NCBI GenBank assembly: GCA_002269645.1
Contig: NIVC01000875.1
Span: 124,001 to 188,000 of the forward strand
Length of the DNA: 64,000 bases
From: Macrostomum lignano
Taxonomy: Eukaryota
Direction: 5' to 3'
Part shown: positions 61,290 to 64,000 of the stretch, piece after piece
Layout: every line of letters starts with the position of its first letter
How positions within the stretch are numbered: the stretch's first letter is position 1
Notes under the pieces: generated by a model
Told to the model about the DNA's origin: nothing
The model's database searches: none
Seen by the model: only the letters and a program-made list of their open reading frames with translations
Translations under genes and position numbers: made by a program

Positions 61290-61409
61290 CTTAATACTCG
61301 TACTAGCCAATAAATATTAGACCATAGTCTATGGTCAAAATATCTGCTCTAGCGTGTGACAATCGAAAGCGTTGCCAGTAGGCTTGGTAGATTTATCTCT
61401 AGGTTTCGA

Positions 61410-61465
61410 GTGCGCAAATAGTCTATGGCACGAGTGCGCACTCGTGCCATAGACTATTTACGCAC
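61410..61465. repeat. Perfect 44-bp palindrome (61416-61459), extendable with one mismatch
   Basis: AAATAGTCTATGGCACGAGTGC|GCACTCGTGCCATAGACTATTT. Confidence 0.9.
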
Positions 61466-61778
61466 GAAGGCACCTAGTGATAGATTCATTGATTTATGGG
61501 CAAAGCATTCTTCTGATTTTAGCCATAGACATAGATAGATAACGCGACTGTGCAGTAAATCGCAAGCCGTGCAGTAAATTCCATTTAAGAATGCTTGGCC
61601 ATATGTCAATGATCTATTTGACAATAGTTCTAAAGTCTAAATTTCGTAGAGTTCTTTTGAGTAGCTAGTCCTTGGCCAAGTACTGTTGGCTGAACTTTGA
61701 AAAACAGAAATCTTAATTGACGCGTAGCATACAAAAAAGATACAAAATCTTCATAGATGGTATTTAAAGCAACTCGGC

Positions 61779-64000
61779 TTAGTGCTGTGAGTCAGACTTT
61801 TTCCTCAAGAACTCGTGCTCCAACAGCTTTTCTGCCGAGTGTCTCTCACTGCGGTCCTTGGCGGTGCAGCGGCTGTAGAAATCCTGAAACTCTGCGGACC
61901 GGCCCTCCGGCAGGGCGGGGGCGCCCCTCCTGTAAAGATCAAGTGCCATTTCCCAGAAGTTTTTTACTTTTGAGAACGGTTTGGTACCGGAGGCCATCTG
62001 GAAGACCGAGCAGCCGAACGCCCAGATGTCCGACTCTCTGCTGTACTGCTCGCATTCCGAGGTGCCGATTCCGAGCAGCTCTGGCGCCATGAAGCTCAAA
62101 GTACCTTTCAATGACTCGGGAAAAGCTGAGTGGCGACTGACTGACTGCTCTAGCTTGATCGACAGGCCGAAGTCGATCAGCTTGATTCGCGTGTTGTCAG
62201 CACAAACAATCATGTTCGAGCAGTTTATGTCTCTGTGGATCACGGGCGGCTGCCGGCTGTGCAGGTAGAGCAGCGTGCGGCAGATCTACGAGCGGTTGGT
62301 CAGTGAGCAGTCATCATTCATGGAACATGGAACAGTAGCATCAAGGATGCACAATGCTCACCTGCTCGCTGAAGTCTCGAATCGTCAGCTCGTCGAGCGG
62401 CTTGTTGTTGTCGATGAACCTCTCCAAGCTTCGGCCGTCCAGCAGCTCCATGAACACAACGACTGTGGCGGGCTCCGGCTGAGCCATGTGCAAGAACCTG
62501 ACGATGTTGGGATGCCGCAGTCGGCACAGGTTTCTCTCGCTCTTGATAGCTTCATCGATATTCTTCGTTTTCGTCTCCTTCTTATCGCCGAGCTGCACAG
62601 GCAGGTTGAGAGTCTTGGCGGCGCACCTGATGCCTCTGTCGGTGACAACTTCCTGGATGTCACCAAAAAATACTCTGACAACGAAGCGAACGGAGTCCCA
62701 GCTCTCTCTGTAAACGGGACTGTTGGGAAATTTCGAAAGTGAATCAGGATGCGTTGAGCTGCTCGGTAGAATATTGGTATCGCCTGGCAGACAGGCGTAA
62801 ATGAGGAGATGCACGGGAGTAACAGCAAGTGGAGGGTTTTGTTGGATTTAGTATACCTTTTTGCAATCAATTTCGTCGTTTTTGCGTTCAATTTCGGCGC
62901 GAGCGCTAGTGTGCAGTCTAAACAACTGAGCCATAGACACTGGGCAACTTTTGCGTTCAAATTCGGCCTTTTTGCGTCCTATTTCGGCAGCTTACGGCAT
63001 CAAACATACTTGCGGAGACGACTATAGGCCTGCTTTAGGAGACAAATTTTTCGTCCCACCCTCACTGAATTCGATCGAGTGAGAAAGTGTCTATGGCAAA
63101 AACATTCGAACTGTGCCCACAGTGCGGCCCATGTGATTGCGCTGCCGAAATAGGACGCAAAAAGGCCGAATTTGAACGCAAATGTTGCCCAGTGTCTATG
63201 GCTCAGTTGTTTGGACTGCACACTAGCGCTCGCGCCGAAATTGAACGCAAAAACGACGAAATTGATTGCAAAAAGGTATATTCAGTAACTCAGCTTCCAC
63301 AGAAGCCTCACAGATTCTCAGGAACTCTCTCGAACTCTTTCTGAGTCTGAGCAAACTTCTGCTTTATTAAATCAAATTAAGCACAATTTTTCTTTCCTGG
63401 GCTTGAGGCTGGCGTCTGAGTGCATATTTCTCAAAGTAGGAGACGCATCCTTAGCGTAAGCACAGTAAGTCTGCTTGACAACTGATAAAAAAGCGCAAAA
63501 CTGGTGCCACATCTGCATTAGCATCATATCGCATAGGCATCTAAGGCTAGCCCAGTAACTGTACATTTCTACCTGACGATGAGGAACTCGTGCCCCATCA
63601 GCTCCAGAGCAGACTTTCTGCTTTTGCGGTCCATGGCGGTGCAGCGGCTGTAGAAGTCCTGCAGCTCCTCTGAGCAGCCCGTCGGCAGGGCGGGGGCGCC
63701 GCTGCTTCTCAGCCTTTCGGGCAGCGTGTGAAGCATTTTGTGCTCAGCGAAGGGCCGCCTGCCCGAGACCATCTGGAAGACCGAGCAGCCGAACGCCCAG
63801 ATGTCCGACGCTCTGCTGTACCGCGGGCTGTCCGACTCTTCCGGTGCCAGCAGCTCCGGAGCCAAGAAGCTCAGAGTGCCTTTGGGGGTGGCTTTGGAGT
63901 CCGAGATGTGGGTGACTGACTCCAGCTTGATTGACAGGCCAAAGTCGATCAGCTTGATTCGCGTGTTGTCAGCACAAACAATCATGTTCGAGCAGTTTAT
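61779..64000 (-). CDS. Gene D (partial, 5' part outside window): tandem dual kinase, paralogue of gene A
   Basis: Exons >64000-63573 (kinase 1 C-lobe, AG|gtagaa), 62719-62362 (acceptor CCCAACAG, phase 2) and 62285-61779 (TAG acceptor). The kinase 1 C-lobe is nearly identical in protein to gene A kinase 1. Confidence 0.75.
62854..63278. mobile_element. 425-bp MITE (~138-bp TIRs, TA TSD) in the inter-kinase intron of gene D
   Basis: TA|TACCTTTTTGCAATCAATTTCG...CGAAATTGATTGCAAAAAGGTA|TA. The paralogous intron of gene B (GTTGGATTTCA-TA-TTGAGTAAAACTCAGC, ~25785) shows the empty TA site. Confidence 0.85.

Overview
This is eukaryotic genomic DNA with GT-AG introns (many about 75 bp), heavy minisatellite content and many transposon insertions. 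The style suggests an invertebrate animal, possibly a Macrostomum-like flatworm, but that is inference only. The ORF track splits the main content into unrelated small ORFs. Splicing them by hand gives a family of modular genes with one shared layout: short exon 1, ankyrin block 1, 55-bp exon, ankyrin block 2, phase-2/2 micro-exon, satellite-filled intron, then an effector module entered in phase 2. Gene A (+, 5746-14858) ends in two MAP3K-like kinase domains. Gene B (-, 24770-38443) ends in three kinase domains with identical cores. Gene C (-, 45456-~50940) ends in a caspase domain (His in AHG, QACRG). Gene D (-, 61779 to beyond 64000) shows two kinase domains. A RING-less TRAF-like gene (3736-4491) lies just upstream of gene A. 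Together these look like a diversifying signalling or immune locus with ankyrin sensors on interchangeable effectors. Transposons include an apparently intact CACTA/CMC transposase missed by the ORF track, a full-length decayed Gypsy element (5-bp TSD), a P/Galileo-like THAP element (7-bp TSD), a tRNA-derived SINE (14-bp TSD), an RTE LINE end with a 60-bp duplication, Crypton-like fragments and several MITEs. All gene models are manual predictions without transcript evidence.
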